The notes beneath the pieces are model-generated. The model was not told where the DNA came from. It did no database searches and was given only the letters and a program-made list of their open reading frames with translations. Positions 9,819-20,045 of a DNA stretch of 64,000 bases are shown here, in pieces (positions within the stretch are counted from its first letter, which is position 1; each line of letters begins with the position of its first letter). The stretch comes from Capsulimonadales bacterium. Its GTDB lineage: Bacteria > Armatimonadota > Armatimonadia > Armatimonadales > Armatimonadaceae. The DNA is taken from contig JANRLW010000084.1 in the NCBI GenBank assembly GCA_033762295.1, forward strand, positions 1-64,000, given 5' to 3'. The position numbers were made by a program, and so were the translations under genes.

Positions 9819-12800
9819 TCAGGGCAGACGGTGTATCTGCGCCAGGTGGGCGTAGGCGTCGGCCTGGGTCAGGTCGCGGGTGAGGACGAGCCAGGAGAGG
9901 ACTTCACGGGATTCGTCGGGCGCGAGGTCGCCTCCCGCACCGGCAACCAGGTGCGGCCCCTCCGCACCGTAATGCTCGACCTCCGCGGAATGCCCCGGTT
10001 CGGCGGAAATCAGCAGAAGCGCCTCGCCCGTCGCCCCGTTCTCGACCGCCGTCCAGGAATCGCTCTCAAAGTGGGCAGGAAACCCGCCGGGGTGGCGATA
10101 ACGACGCGCCTCCTCCCGCTTCCAGTGCGCCGTCGATCTCTCCCGTGAACCGCCGGGCTGGCACCAGACGGCGAACCCGGCGTTCACCCCGGTACGGGCG
10201 TTGGTCCGGTTGATCCGGCGGGCGATCAACGCGACCAGATTGCTGCCGGGCAGGGTCAGGTACTCGGCTTCGATCCCCAGCCAGCGAAGGTCTTTGTGCT
10301 CCGGCTGGCACCATACACGCACACCCTGCCAGACCAACCCCCGCTCGCCGGTGCGAGTGACCGGTTCCCCCCGGAACGTTTCGCGCGCCAGACGGGCATC
10401 GCACATCCAGTCGAGGTAGAGATGGACGCCGCCAAACCAGGGGTTCGCCCAGACAAACGGACGCGCCGTCGGATAGGCCGAAAACAGGTGATTGACCCCC
10501 TCGGTCTCCAGCTCCACCATCGCCCCCGCAAAGGCCGACGCAACCCGGAAGGTAAGCCATCCGTTGGTGACGGTAAACAGCCCGTTTTCCCCCGGTTCCA
10601 CCGTCAGCCGATCGCCCGCGCCGACCCGAATGACCGGGAGGGGGAAGGTCCGGACGGCGGTCGGCGTCTCGAGGGCGACCGTCAACCGCTCCGCGGACGG
10701 CGGCTCGGGAGCGGTCAGTCGCACCGGGAAGGTCGCCTCCCGGTCCCAGCGGACGCCGTCGAGCGTCAACGTCTCCGGCTCGATCCGGAAACGGTCGCCG
10801 GTCACTTTCAGAACGCCGCTCTCCGCCTTGCCGCGCCGGTTTCGAACATGAAGGACGGTCTCCAGTGTCTCCCCGGTCAGCAGCGTCGGCGAGGATGTCC
10901 AATCGATCTCCAGTACGCGATGCGTCTCGGGCCGGTGCGTCTCCCGGGTGCCGGACGGCTGCACCAGATGCCGCCACCAGTTACGAACGACCGCCCAGTC
11001 GCCCGCGCCCCCGGTCAGATAGATTTCGGGCAGGTCCGCCGTGCCGTTCGCCGGAATCTCGCCCGCATCGTAGCGCAGAACACATCCCCAGCTGACCTCC
11101 ACCTCCGGCTGCCCCTGCCAGATCAGCCCGGCAACGCCGGTTTTGCTCTCGGTCGCGAGCCAGGATTCGGCGGGCTGACGCTCCGGGGAGACGGCGTCTC
11201 TGTCGCCGGTCGGAAAGTGTTCCCAGTCCGTTCCCGGTTCGCGAACAATCCCGTCCGCATACGGTACGACGAAAAATCTCTCTTTCTCAAGACCGGCGCG
11301 GATTTGAACCTTCGACTTTTGCGGGTAGCTGGCCGTGTTGATGACCCGATGCCGTACCCGCGCGACGGAATCCCCCAGAAAAGAAACCGTACGCTCCATG
11401 ACCAGACCGGGAAACTCCGGCGAAGCGGCGCTCATGACCAGACAGGTCTCGCCGTTCCGCGTTTCAAATCGGGTCGAGCAGATCAGCGGTTTACTGCGCC
11501 ATTCGACGAAGGGCGGCCCCGGCTCCGGCATCGGCAGGCCCCAACACCCCTCGTCGGGATTGGTACTCCGCAGATGGAGCCAGCCGCCGCGCAGGTAAGC
11601 ATGGGCGCGCAGTCCGGGCATCTCCAGCACCGCTTCCTCGGCCACCTCCGGTTCCAGGCTGGCCACCGGACCGCTCCCGCTCAGGCCGCGAAAGACGACC
11701 GGGCGCGTCCCGTGGACGCCCTCCGCCGCAAGCCGCAGGGTGGTGGGCAGGGCGCCCGTTACGCGCGCCGTCACCGTAAACTCGCATTGCGTCCTCAGGC
11801 GGGGCTGCAGGACGAAAGGTTGGACAGCCGCCGGAACATCGAGACCGGGGTGGGCATCGAGGGTCAGGACGCCGGCGAGCGGGTGGTCCACCTGGCTGCG
11901 CAGCCGCACCTCGATCTTCCGTTCCCGTCCGACGAGCAGCCCTTCCCCTCCGTAATCGATGAGGACCGGTCGAACGACGTTGACTCCCGTTTCCAGCGCG
12001 ACCGGTTGTCCGTCGATCAGCAGTGTGGTGCGGACTCGCCGCTGCTTTTCTCCCCAGCGGGTCGGACGGGCATCGGCGGCCACCTTCAGATCGCGCGTTA
12101 CGGCGGTCTCCCGATCGACGGTCAGGCGTTCCAGTACGCGCAGTTCCAAACCGGGATCGGTCTCCGTCATCAGCAGAACATCCAGCGATTTGCCCCGTCT
12201 CGGTGTAATTTCCCAGGTGAACGGAACCGTCTCCCCGGCGGGCGCTTCCTCGACCGGTAGGTAGCACCCCACCCTGTACTCTTGCGTTTCCAGTGCGGTC
12301 AGGCCACCGGAAGTGGCATCAAAGGTGAACCGCAGGAAGTCCTCGCCCTCACGGAAGTGATAGACGAAAACCTTCATCCCTTTCCATCGGATATCGTCCG
12401 GAGCGACCTCGAGGTCGCGCTCGAAAACCTGATACCAGTCGCGGTCGGCAAAAAACGTCCTGCCGACCGGGTGGGTCAGGCACGAAGGGAGGAAATTACG
12501 CATGAAGACCTGGGTCTCGGGTACCCAGTGGAATCCGGTCTTCTTGTAGAGGGGAACGGCTTTCAGGTTGCCGGCCCAGGTGTGGAGCGTGAGTTCGCGG
12601 AACCCTTTCTCGGTGACACGGCGGACCATCTCGCGCAGGAGCATTTTGCCGACGCCTTTGCCATGGTGGTCGGGATGCGCCCCGAGCAGAGGAATATAGG
12701 CAACTTCGGTTTCGCCCGTTTCGGATTTGAGATCGCAGTACCCGGCAAATTCCTCTTCCGCCTCGACGATGAGGATCGCGAGACGCTCCATGCGCTCCCC

Positions 12801-12953
12801 TCTTTGTCGTATGCCTTCCGCCGTCTCCGGAACGCCCCGGGTAAAGCCGCCGGGCCAGACGGCATCGAACGTGTTGAACATCGCCGCCAGTCGGGCGGGG
12901 TCGTCGGGCGAGTTATTATCGTAGTCGCGCACGGTATACGGCATCCGGGCCAT
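9819..12953 (-). CDS. Large (1044 aa) protein with N-terminal GNAT acetyltransferase domain
   Basis: HPDHHGKGVGKMLL acetyl-CoA motif A and NLKAVPLYKKTGF motif B; about 880 aa beta-rich C-terminal region of unknown function. Confidence 0.85.
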   Translation of the reverse strand: MARMPYTVRDYDNNSPDDPARLAAMFNTFDAVWPGGFTRGVPETAEGIRQRGERMERLAILIVEAEEEFAGYCDLKSETGETEVAYIPLLGAHPDHHGKGVGKMLLREMVRRVTEKGFRELTLHTWAGNLKAVPLYKKTGFHWVPETQVFMRNFLPSCLTHPVGRTFFADRDWYQVFERDLEVAPDDIRWKGMKVFVYHFREGEDFLRFTFDATSGGLTALETQEYRVGCYLPVEEAPAGETVPFTWEITPRRGKSLDVLLMTETDPGLELRVLERLTVDRETAVTRDLKVAADARPTRWGEKQRRVRTTLLIDGQPVALETGVNVVRPVLIDYGGEGLLVGRERKIEVRLRSQVDHPLAGVLTLDAHPGLDVPAAVQPFVLQPRLRTQCEFTVTARVTGALPTTLRLAAEGVHGTRPVVFRGLSGSGPVASLEPEVAEEAVLEMPGLRAHAYLRGGWLHLRSTNPDEGCWGLPMPEPGPPFVEWRSKPLICSTRFETRNGETCLVMSAASPEFPGLVMERTVSFLGDSVARVRHRVINTASYPQKSKVQIRAGLEKERFFVVPYADGIVREPGTDWEHFPTGDRDAVSPERQPAESWLATESKTGVAGLIWQGQPEVEVSWGCVLRYDAGEIPANGTADLPEIYLTGGAGDWAVVRNWWRHLVQPSGTRETHRPETHRVLEIDWTSSPTLLTGETLETVLHVRNRRGKAESGVLKVTGDRFRIEPETLTLDGVRWDREATFPVRLTAPEPPSAERLTVALETPTAVRTFPLPVIRVGAGDRLTVEPGENGLFTVTNGWLTFRVASAFAGAMVELETEGVNHLFSAYPTARPFVWANPWFGGVHLYLDWMCDARLARETFRGEPVTRTGERGLVWQGVRVWCQPEHKDLRWLGIEAEYLTLPGSNLVALIARRINRTNARTGVNAGFAVWCQPGGSRERSTAHWKREEARRYRHPGGFPAHFESDSWTAVENGATGEALLLISAEPGHSAEVEHYGAEGPHLVAGAGGDLAPDESREVLSWLVLTRDLTQADAYAHLAQIHRLP

Positions 12954-13154
12954 CCTTTCCTCGACGCAGGGGCAACCAACCTCTTCTATCGTTTTCTATC
13001 GTTGCGGACCACCGCCTTGCTCAATAGTACCCCGGCCGCCCCGATCGGATCGTTTTTCCCGCGAGCGTGAACTTTTTAAGGTTTATGCGTCTAAAAGAAT
13101 GGAAACGGGATCTCCCTTGCGAGATTCCGACATGACGAAGAAGGAGATAAAACA

Positions 13155-13568
13155 ATGTTGCCGAACGAATCCGCGACCGATCTCAACCGGGAGACCGAAA
13201 ACGATGACCATCGGGAAGCCGACAACCTGTACAATGACTACGAGGGCCTGTTGTTCCGGTGGAAACGCCACGACGTCCGTCGACCGGTTTCGTACGGTGT
13301 CGCTCCCGTGAACGGTTCCGCTCACCCGATCGAAATCTCCCGCCCGCTCGACCGTCGCCCGTTCCGGGACTCGGTTACGTACCGATTTGAGATAACCGGC
13401 GAATTACACCTCGTCGGCGAGTCGAACGCTCCGGCAGGGAACCTTGCCGTCGGGTTCGCTGTACCTTCGGTATGCAGCTCACGGGAATCCACCACCTTAC
13501 CGCCGTCTCCGGCGATATCCGGACGAACTACCGATTCCATACCGGCGTTCTCGGTATGCGCCTGGTAA
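13155..13568 (+). CDS. Hypothetical protein (uncertain)
   Basis: Strong SD AAGGAG at 13141-13146, 8 nt before ATG; acidic N-terminus; the 3' end overlaps the next gene by about 97 nt. Confidence 0.35.
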   Translation: MLPNESATDLNRETENDDHREADNLYNDYEGLLFRWKRHDVRRPVSYGVAPVNGSAHPIEISRPLDRRPFRDSVTYRFEITGELHLVGESNAPAGNLAVGFAVPSVCSSRESTTLPPSPAISGRTTDSIPAFSVCAW

Positions 13569-14437
13569 AGCGAAGCGTCAACCAGGATGATGTCACCGCC
13601 TACCATCTTTTCTACGCGGACGCGGTCGGTACACCGGGAACCGACCTGACCTATTTCGACTGGGCGGTTCCGACCGAAGGGCGCGGCACGCACAGCATCA
13701 CCGAGACCGGTCTTCGCGTGACCGGCGCGGAGACGCTGGAGTGGTGGCAGCAACGGCTGACCGAGCAGGGCGTTCGAATCGACCCGCTGGGGGTTCGTGA
13801 GATCGACGGCCGACTGACCCTGCGTTTCGAGGACCCGGAGGGCCAGCGGCTGGCCCTGGTGGATGATCGCGGTCTGGGCGATCCGCCGACCCCCTGGACC
13901 GACAGCCCCGTTCCCGCCGAACGCCAGATTCGCGGCCTGGGCCCGATCCGGATGAGCGTTCCGGAGATCGAACCCACCGACGCCGTTCTGACGCGGGTCA
14001 TGGGGATGCAAGCGGTGAGGGAGTATCCTCACCCGAATCGGGCCGCGCATCGCGTCCGGGTTTATGACATGCTACCGTCGGGCGGCGGTCCGCATTCGGA
14101 ACTGCATGTGGCCATCCAGCCGGACCTGCCGATCACTCGCCCCGGCGCGGGAGGCGTCCACCACGTCGCCTTTCGCACGCCGACCGAGGAGACGTATCAT
14201 GCCTGGACCGAACGTCTGCGCGCCTTCCGCATCCCGAACAGCGGCGAGATCGATCGTCACTATTTCCGCAGCCTGTACTTCCGGGAGCCGAACGGCATCC
14301 TGTTCGAGATCGCGACGGACGGGCCGGGCTTTTCGGTGGATGAGAATCCGGCGACCCTCGGCCGGCAGGTCGCCCTCCCACCGTTTCTCGAAAGCCGCCG
14401 CGCGGAGATCGTCGCCCGTCTTCGCCCGATCGATTGA
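13472..14437 (+). CDS. Ring-cleaving dioxygenase / glyoxalase family (MhqA/MhqO-like)
   Basis: [60 protein letters not shown]. Confidence 0.93.
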   Translation: MQLTGIHHLTAVSGDIRTNYRFHTGVLGMRLVKRSVNQDDVTAYHLFYADAVGTPGTDLTYFDWAVPTEGRGTHSITETGLRVTGAETLEWWQQRLTEQGVRIDPLGVREIDGRLTLRFEDPEGQRLALVDDRGLGDPPTPWTDSPVPAERQIRGLGPIRMSVPEIEPTDAVLTRVMGMQAVREYPHPNRAAHRVRVYDMLPSGGGPHSELHVAIQPDLPITRPGAGGVHHVAFRTPTEETYHAWTERLRAFRIPNSGEIDRHYFRSLYFREPNGILFEIATDGPGFSVDENPATLGRQVALPPFLESRRAEIVARLRPID

Positions 14438-14520
14438 CCTGTTTTGATACGGGTCAACGATGGGCTTACCTCCGTTGTCGCGATGCGGGCGAAAATCTTT
14501 CCAAATTTCCTGCCCGCATC

Positions 14521-14548
14521 TTGACTTTTATGTTAAATTTGTGTTAAA
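14521..14548 (+). promoter_or_regulatory. Sigma70-like -35 (TTGACT) immediately followed by a GTTAAA-N5-GTTAAA direct repeat
   Basis: TTGACT 14521-14526; GTTAAA at 14532 and 14543 (11-bp period), in an AT-rich patch upstream of a DUF1559 gene. Confidence 0.5.
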
Positions 14549-14698
14549 AAATGAATTGAACGGCCTCACGCGTTTATCCTGAACCGGAAGACCGGTCCAT
14601 CAGACCAGTTCGTCGGGTTCGAACCGCAGAGCCGCTAAAACGTCGTTCCATTTGCAACCATTGCGGCTCAACACTGCAACTAAGGAGTACCGGCAACC

Positions 14699-15673
14699 AT
14701 GCTGACATCATCCCTTCGCCTTCGGGCCTCTCGCTCCCGAGCCGGGGCGGCCTTCACGCTGATCGAACTGCTCGTCGTCATCGCCATCATCGCCATCCTC
14801 GCCGCTATCCTGTTCCCGGTCTTCGCCCAGGCTCGGGAAAAAGCCCGACAGACGTCCTGCCTCTCCAACATGAAGCAGATGAACACGGCCGTCATGATGT
14901 ACGTCCAGGATTACGATGAACGCTTCCCGAACCCGGCCATGTTCTGCAACCGCGTCGCGAACCCCCTGAACGCGAACGACACCCCGGGCGGAAGCGCCGG
15001 TATCGGACGCTGGCCGACCTGGCTCTGGTGCATCTACCCCTACATCAAGAACTGGGACGTCTACAACTGCCCGAGCGACGGTAACTCGATCGCCGGGACG
15101 GACTTCGTCAACCGCTACTACTATACGAGCTACGGCTATAACTACGGCTACTTCGCCGATTTTACCAGTGAGTACATGTGTCCGGGTGCATCCGCAACGA
15201 CGCACGGCTGGCCGGGCATCTCCCTGGCGTCCGTCCTGCGACCGGCGAATATCATCACCTTCGTGGACAACAGCGGCAAGGAGCCGGGCACCCGCAGCGC
15301 CGGCGGTTACTGGCTGGCCGGCAGCACGATCAACCCGCCGGACGCCAACCCGAGCGAGAAGACTTTTTATGCCCCCTCGGACACCGGCTGGGGCAACGGA
15401 TGCAAATCCTACCACGGGTTGGATGAAGGGAACAAGTGGGACCAGCTGGGCGGCGTTCATCCGCGCCATAGCGACGGGGCGAACGCGGCGTTCTCCGACG
15501 GTCACGTGAAATGGTTCCGGCTGTCCGCGCTGGCGAACGGTTACTCCAACACCGGCGGAGCGGGAACGACCTGGTCGCCCGCCGGTCCGTGTGAACCGCC
15601 GGTCGGCGTTCTCGACTACGGCACCTATATGTGGGACCCGCGTTACGAATCGGGTACCCAGCGCCACTGGTAG
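14699..15673 (+). CDS. DUF1559 prepilin-type protein with H-X9-DG motif
   Basis: [61 protein letters not shown]. Confidence 0.93.
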   Translation: MLTSSLRLRASRSRAGAAFTLIELLVVIAIIAILAAILFPVFAQAREKARQTSCLSNMKQMNTAVMMYVQDYDERFPNPAMFCNRVANPLNANDTPGGSAGIGRWPTWLWCIYPYIKNWDVYNCPSDGNSIAGTDFVNRYYYTSYGYNYGYFADFTSEYMCPGASATTHGWPGISLASVLRPANIITFVDNSGKEPGTRSAGGYWLAGSTINPPDANPSEKTFYAPSDTGWGNGCKSYHGLDEGNKWDQLGGVHPRHSDGANAAFSDGHVKWFRLSALANGYSNTGGAGTTWSPAGPCEPPVGVLDYGTYMWDPRYESGTQRHW

Positions 15674-15724
15674 AACCGTTGCATGACCGGGCGGGTTCGT
15701 CACGGCGCACCCGCCCGGCACGTT

Positions 15725-15750
15725 CTCGATCCACTCGATCCACTCGATCA
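15725..15750. repeat. 9-bp tandem repeat (CTCGATCCA) x about 3
   Basis: ctcgatcca ctcgatcca ctcgatca immediately before AAGGAG. Confidence 0.6.
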
Positions 15751-15767
15751 AGGAGACTTCTGCCCGT

Positions 15768-15968
15768 ATGATATTCCCACGGAACGGAAAATGGCTGCTG
15801 TCCTTCGGCGCGTTCCTGCTTGTCGGCTGCCAGTCCGGCGAGGACCTTTCGAGCAAGGTTCCGGATGCGCCAGCGGCGAAACCGGCGGCGGAACGTCCGG
15901 CGACCGCGGACGGCAACCCGAACCCGGTCGGTAAAAAGGGCGCGGCCCCGATGATGCCCCCACCCTGA
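15768..15968 (+). CDS. Small lipoprotein (66 aa)
   Basis: Lipobox LLVGC after a hydrophobic stretch; AAGGAG SD upstream; followed by a terminator. Confidence 0.7.
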   Translation: MIFPRNGKWLLSFGAFLLVGCQSGEDLSSKVPDAPAAKPAAERPATADGNPNPVGKKGAAPMMPPP

Positions 15969-15987
15969 GCCGTCCTACGGCACTTCG

Positions 15988-16025
15988 AGACGAAGGCGCA
16001 CCGTTCCGGTGCGCCTTCGTCTTTT
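15988..16025 (+). terminator. Rho-independent terminator
   Basis: agacgaaggcgcaccg-ttc-cggtgcgccttcgtct followed by TTT. Confidence 0.85.
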
Positions 16026-16105
16026 CATCCCGTTCCCCGACACACAGTTCCCGCATGCCGTAAGGAACCTTCCCCCCGGTTCGATCGGTCTTCCGTTTAG
16101 CGGAG

Positions 16106-18103
16106 ATGATCAAGACCAAACGAACGCTGGGACCGTATACGCTGCACCGCCTGATCGGGCGCGGCGGAATGTCGTCCGTCTATGAAGCCACCGATGAACG
16201 GATGAGGCGACGGGTCGCCATCAAGGTGATGACCACGCCGCCGGATCTGACCGAATCGGCGGAGCAGGCCTATCTGCACCGGTTCCGACGTGAGGCGCGG
16301 GCGGCGGCACGGCTCTCCCATCCGAACGTCGTGTTCGTCTATGATGTCGGCGAGGAGGGCGACGACCACTACCTCGTGATGGAATACCTGGACGGGCTGA
16401 CGCTGGCGCAGTGGCTGGCGGAAAACGGACCGCTGCTGTCGCCGGACGCCGCCGTCGTTCTGGATCAGATCGCCGCCGGATTGGATGCCATTCATGCCGC
16501 CGGCATCGTCCATCGAGACCTCAAACCCTCGAATGTGATGCTGACCGACCTCGAAAGCGGGCGGCCGCGTGTCCGTATTCTGGATTTCGGTGTCGCCCGC
16601 CCGACCGACGCCACCACGATGACCCAGGTGGGAGCGTTGATCGGAACGCCGGCCTATCTGGCTCCGGAACTGGCGCAGGGAGCGACAACGGCGGCTTCGG
16701 CCGACCTCTGGGCGCTCGGCGTCATGGCGTACGAAATGCTGACCGGTCGGTCGCCTTTCCCCGGCGACCGGCTGCCGGCGGTCGTCTACCGGATCGTTCA
16801 CGAACCGCCCGACCCCGCTCCCGAACTGCCCCCCGCCGTTCGCGAGGTGCTGTGGCGCGCCCTGGCCAAAGACCCGACGGAGCGATTTGCCAGCGGTCAG
16901 GCATTCGCCGGGGCGCTGCGTCAGGCGCTCGCCACGCCCGTCACCGCCCCGACTCCCACCGAGATGTCGGAATCGCGCACGCTGATGGGAACGCCGCTGG
17001 TGTCGGCGCGTTCCCGGACCGCCCTCGCGAGATCGCGACGCTTCGCTCCCTGGTCGATCGCGCTGGCGGTTCTCCTGCTTCTGGGACTGGTTTTCGCCCT
17101 CTTCCGAATGAACGGCCGAGCCGGTTCCGTCACCGGCCCCAGCGGCTCGACGGACCCTTCGCTGCCCGTACTCAACCCGCCGCCCATGGCGCTTCCGCGT
17201 GATCCGGAACCGAAAAAACCGACGCCGACGCCGGCGACGACCCGGACGACCTCAAAACAATCGACACGATCGACACAATCGACCGCCTTGGCCGGTAAGG
17301 AGCGTGTCAGGAAACGTGATCAGGCACGGGTTGCGGCACGTGTCGCGGTTGCCACACCGGCGGTTCCGAAAAGAAGGGTTCCGAAACCGACGCCGCGCCC
17401 CGTACCTCCGGTCGTAACAATAACACGGTCGCCGGTGGTTACCGTGGCGCAGGCGACGCCCCGCCCACCCCGTCCGACGCCCCGTCCGACGCCCCGGACG
17501 CCTCGTGTGGCCCTGCTCTCGACGCCTCGCCCGACACCGCTCGTCGGCTTCGTTATGCCGGACCCGACGCCGCGTCCGACGTCGCGTCCGACGCCGCCGT
17601 TGTCCACTCCCGCACCGCTGCCGTCCTCGGAGTCACCGGTCTCCGGGAAAAAGACCTCAGAGGACGCGATCGCCGATACCGCAGCCCCTACCCCGGATTC
17701 CTTTATCTCCGATGAGGAACTTCTGGGGGATCTTGAGGGGTTCGTCAAGGCCTGGATCGAAGCGTCGGAAAAGCGCGATGTGGCCTGGATGATGGAGTTT
17801 TATCCCGAACAGCTCGACCGCTACTATACACTGGTCGATGTTCCCTTCGAGCACGTCCGGCGCGACAAGGAAAGGATCTTCTCCCGTGCCCGCCGGGTCG
17901 AAATGCGAATTCGGAACCTGCGGATTACGCTGTCACCCGATCGCCGGGGCGCGACCTTGCGGTATCGTAAGGATTACCGGATTACGGGCGGACCGGGAGA
18001 GCGAGAAGGCGCGGTGGAGGAGGAACTACGGGTCCGCCGGGACGATCCGGACGAGGATTGGAAAATCCTTTACGAACGAAACCCGCGGGTTCTTTCGCGT
18101 TAG
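16106..18103 (+). CDS. Hanks-type Ser/Thr protein kinase, membrane anchored, with Pro/Thr-rich linker and probable NTF2/SnoaL-like extracytoplasmic domain
   Basis: IGRGGMSSVY, VAIK, HRDLKPSN, DFG, APE, DLWALG; TM IALAVLLLLGLVFALF; PTPRP repeats. Confidence 0.92.
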   Translation: MIKTKRTLGPYTLHRLIGRGGMSSVYEATDERMRRRVAIKVMTTPPDLTESAEQAYLHRFRREARAAARLSHPNVVFVYDVGEEGDDHYLVMEYLDGLTLAQWLAENGPLLSPDAAVVLDQIAAGLDAIHAAGIVHRDLKPSNVMLTDLESGRPRVRILDFGVARPTDATTMTQVGALIGTPAYLAPELAQGATTAASADLWALGVMAYEMLTGRSPFPGDRLPAVVYRIVHEPPDPAPELPPAVREVLWRALAKDPTERFASGQAFAGALRQALATPVTAPTPTEMSESRTLMGTPLVSARSRTALARSRRFAPWSIALAVLLLLGLVFALFRMNGRAGSVTGPSGSTDPSLPVLNPPPMALPRDPEPKKPTPTPATTRTTSKQSTRSTQSTALAGKERVRKRDQARVAARVAVATPAVPKRRVPKPTPRPVPPVVTITRSPVVTVAQATPRPPRPTPRPTPRTPRVALLSTPRPTPLVGFVMPDPTPRPTSRPTPPLSTPAPLPSSESPVSGKKTSEDAIADTAAPTPDSFISDEELLGDLEGFVKAWIEASEKRDVAWMMEFYPEQLDRYYTLVDVPFEHVRRDKERIFSRARRVEMRIRNLRITLSPDRRGATLRYRKDYRITGGPGEREGAVEEELRVRRDDPDEDWKILYERNPRVLSR

Positions 18104-18116
18104 GCGTGGTGAGTAG

Positions 18117-19208
18117 TCATTTGCCGCCCCGATTGCTGACCGCGACCGCCACCTCCGCGCTGCGCGTCTCCTCGCCCGCTTTGACGCGAACGGTCAGCAG
18201 GTGTTTTCCGTTCCGGACCTCCGTACTGTTCCACCGCGCCTCCCAGACGCCGTCGGTTCCCCGGGTCATCGCGACCGGCGTTCCTTCATCACAGATCCAT
18301 TCCACGGTTTCCGGAGGGGTTGGCGCGAAAACACGGGCGCGAATCCGTATCTCCCCGGCCGTAAACGCGCTGCCACCCGGCAATCGCCCCCCCGGTACGG
18401 AAACCAGTACCTTCGGCCATTTTCCGGCCTGTGCGGCGACCGAGGCCAGCACCCCGTCCTCCCAGGAGTACACCCGGTACTCCCCGTTCTGCGCGGCTCC
18501 GCTGACGAAGCAGGGAATGCCGGTCAGGTCGTCCTCGACGGCGTAACTGCCGTGCGTATGTCCGGCGATATAGCCCGTCACCCGCGCGTTGAAGAGAAGC
18601 GAACTGAGGCGGAGCGCATGGGCCCCGGTGTACTGGAATCGGTTCCGTCCCTGGCCGCTGTTTTCCCAGCGATCCGGGATATGCAGCGGGTAGTGCGATG
18701 CGACGATCAACGCCTGCCGCGCCCCTCGCGGCTTCGACAGTTCGGCGTCCAGCCAGGCGAACGTCTCCTCCGGTCCTTCGTTCCGGATCAGGGTTCGTCC
18801 GTCGAAGCCGACGATTCTCCAGGGACCGTGCTCGATCGTCCGTCGGATCGGACCGAGGTACTTCTCGAACCATCCCTCCCGGACACTGCCGTCGTCATGG
18901 TTTCCGGGGAGGAGATAATACGGAACGCGGAGCGACCGCATCGTCTCGGCGACCAGGCGTACGGACGGTTCATCGGTCGTGCTGACGGTATCGCCGGTGA
19001 CGAGGACGAAGTCGGGACGGATCACCGTATTGATCTCCTCGATGATCCGTCGAAGGTTCGTCAGATGCCGCTCCATCTTCTCCGGCGTTTCGTAGGGAGC
19101 GGGTTTGCCCAGGTGAGTGTCGGTCAGTTGCACGAAGACTCCGGACTGCGCCCCGGCGGCCAGGGCGGACCATATCCAGAGGAGGACCAGGCAGATCAGG
19201 CGGTTCAT
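18117..19208 (-). CDS. Secreted calcineurin-like metallophosphoesterase with C-terminal Ig-like domain
   Basis: Signal peptide; TDTH, TGD, PGNHD, SHYP and AGHTH motifs; WNST...NGKHLLTVRV Ig-like tail. Confidence 0.88.
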   Translation of the reverse strand: MNRLICLVLLWIWSALAAGAQSGVFVQLTDTHLGKPAPYETPEKMERHLTNLRRIIEEINTVIRPDFVLVTGDTVSTTDEPSVRLVAETMRSLRVPYYLLPGNHDDGSVREGWFEKYLGPIRRTIEHGPWRIVGFDGRTLIRNEGPEETFAWLDAELSKPRGARQALIVASHYPLHIPDRWENSGQGRNRFQYTGAHALRLSSLLFNARVTGYIAGHTHGSYAVEDDLTGIPCFVSGAAQNGEYRVYSWEDGVLASVAAQAGKWPKVLVSVPGGRLPGGSAFTAGEIRIRARVFAPTPPETVEWICDEGTPVAMTRGTDGVWEARWNSTEVRNGKHLLTVRVKAGEETRSAEVAVAVSNRGGK

Positions 19209-19274
19209 TGGCAGTGCCCTTTACCGACCCTCCCTGCCCGGCAACGCCGGAGCCGGGAGTGGTCTATTGTCGGA

Positions 19275-20024
19275 TTAATCCTCGATGTTGCGGAACCAGC
19301 CGGTACAGGCGGCGTACTTCGCGGCGCGTACGGGCGACTGCCAGCAGACGCCGTTCAGGGATTCGGCGGTCCAGGGTTCGGGCGCTTTGAACCACTTTGC
19401 GTGTCCGTCCGAGAATGTGAAATTCGCGCCTCCGTTATGGCGCGTCCGCGCGTTACGGTACTGTTTGCGCTCGTTCGGGGCGGTCTCATAGGGTTCGTCG
19501 TCCTGCCCTCGAATCGCGGTGAACTCCCCGGTCTGTTCGGCGAAGAGTACGAGCGAGACGGGGTTGCCGATATTGGCCAGGGTTCGCGCGACCGTCGCCG
19601 AGCCGACCAGGTACTCGTTCGGCCCGTAACTGTTGGTCGGGCGGACGCCGCGGGCCGCGCCCAGCACCCCATCACGGTAGGAGTTGGCGATATCCGGGCA
19701 GGTCTGGATCGAAACGGCCTTTGTCCGGTCGTTGGCGTTCACCAGCCCGGTTTTGATATAGGGTTCCAGCTGGATATACCACCAGCCGAGGTTACCACCG
19801 GTTCCGTAACGACGCAGGAAAAAGGTTTCGTCGTAATCCTGAATATAGAGCATGGTGGCCGTTCCGAGTTGACGCAGGTTCGAGAGACAGACGGATTGAC
19901 GCGCCTTCGTTCGGGCCTGTGCGAACACAGGAAAGAGGATCGCAGCCAGGATGGCGATAATGGTGATTACTACAAGCAGCTCGATCAGGGTGAAACCGGG
20001 GTTTCGGGACGATGCGGCGTACAT
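19275..20024 (-). CDS. DUF1559 prepilin-type protein with H-X9-DG motif
   Basis: [52 protein letters not shown]. Confidence 0.92.
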   Translation of the reverse strand: MYAASSRNPGFTLIELLVVITIIAILAAILFPVFAQARTKARQSVCLSNLRQLGTATMLYIQDYDETFFLRRYGTGGNLGWWYIQLEPYIKTGLVNANDRTKAVSIQTCPDIANSYRDGVLGAARGVRPTNSYGPNEYLVGSATVARTLANIGNPVSLVLFAEQTGEFTAIRGQDDEPYETAPNERKQYRNARTRHNGGANFTFSDGHAKWFKAPEPWTAESLNGVCWQSPVRAAKYAACTGWFRNIED

Positions 20025-20045
20025 AAGTGGGATCCTTTCCGGAGT

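Noticed and set aside
9673..9819. tRNA as integration site of an island
   Set aside because: No integrase in the window and no duplicated tRNA 3' end (att) was seen.
17220..17600. Repeated CCGACGCC(G/C) units resembling an array
   Set aside because: These encode the PTPR linker of the Ser/Thr kinase; spacing is irregular and there are no CRISPR-like unique spacers.
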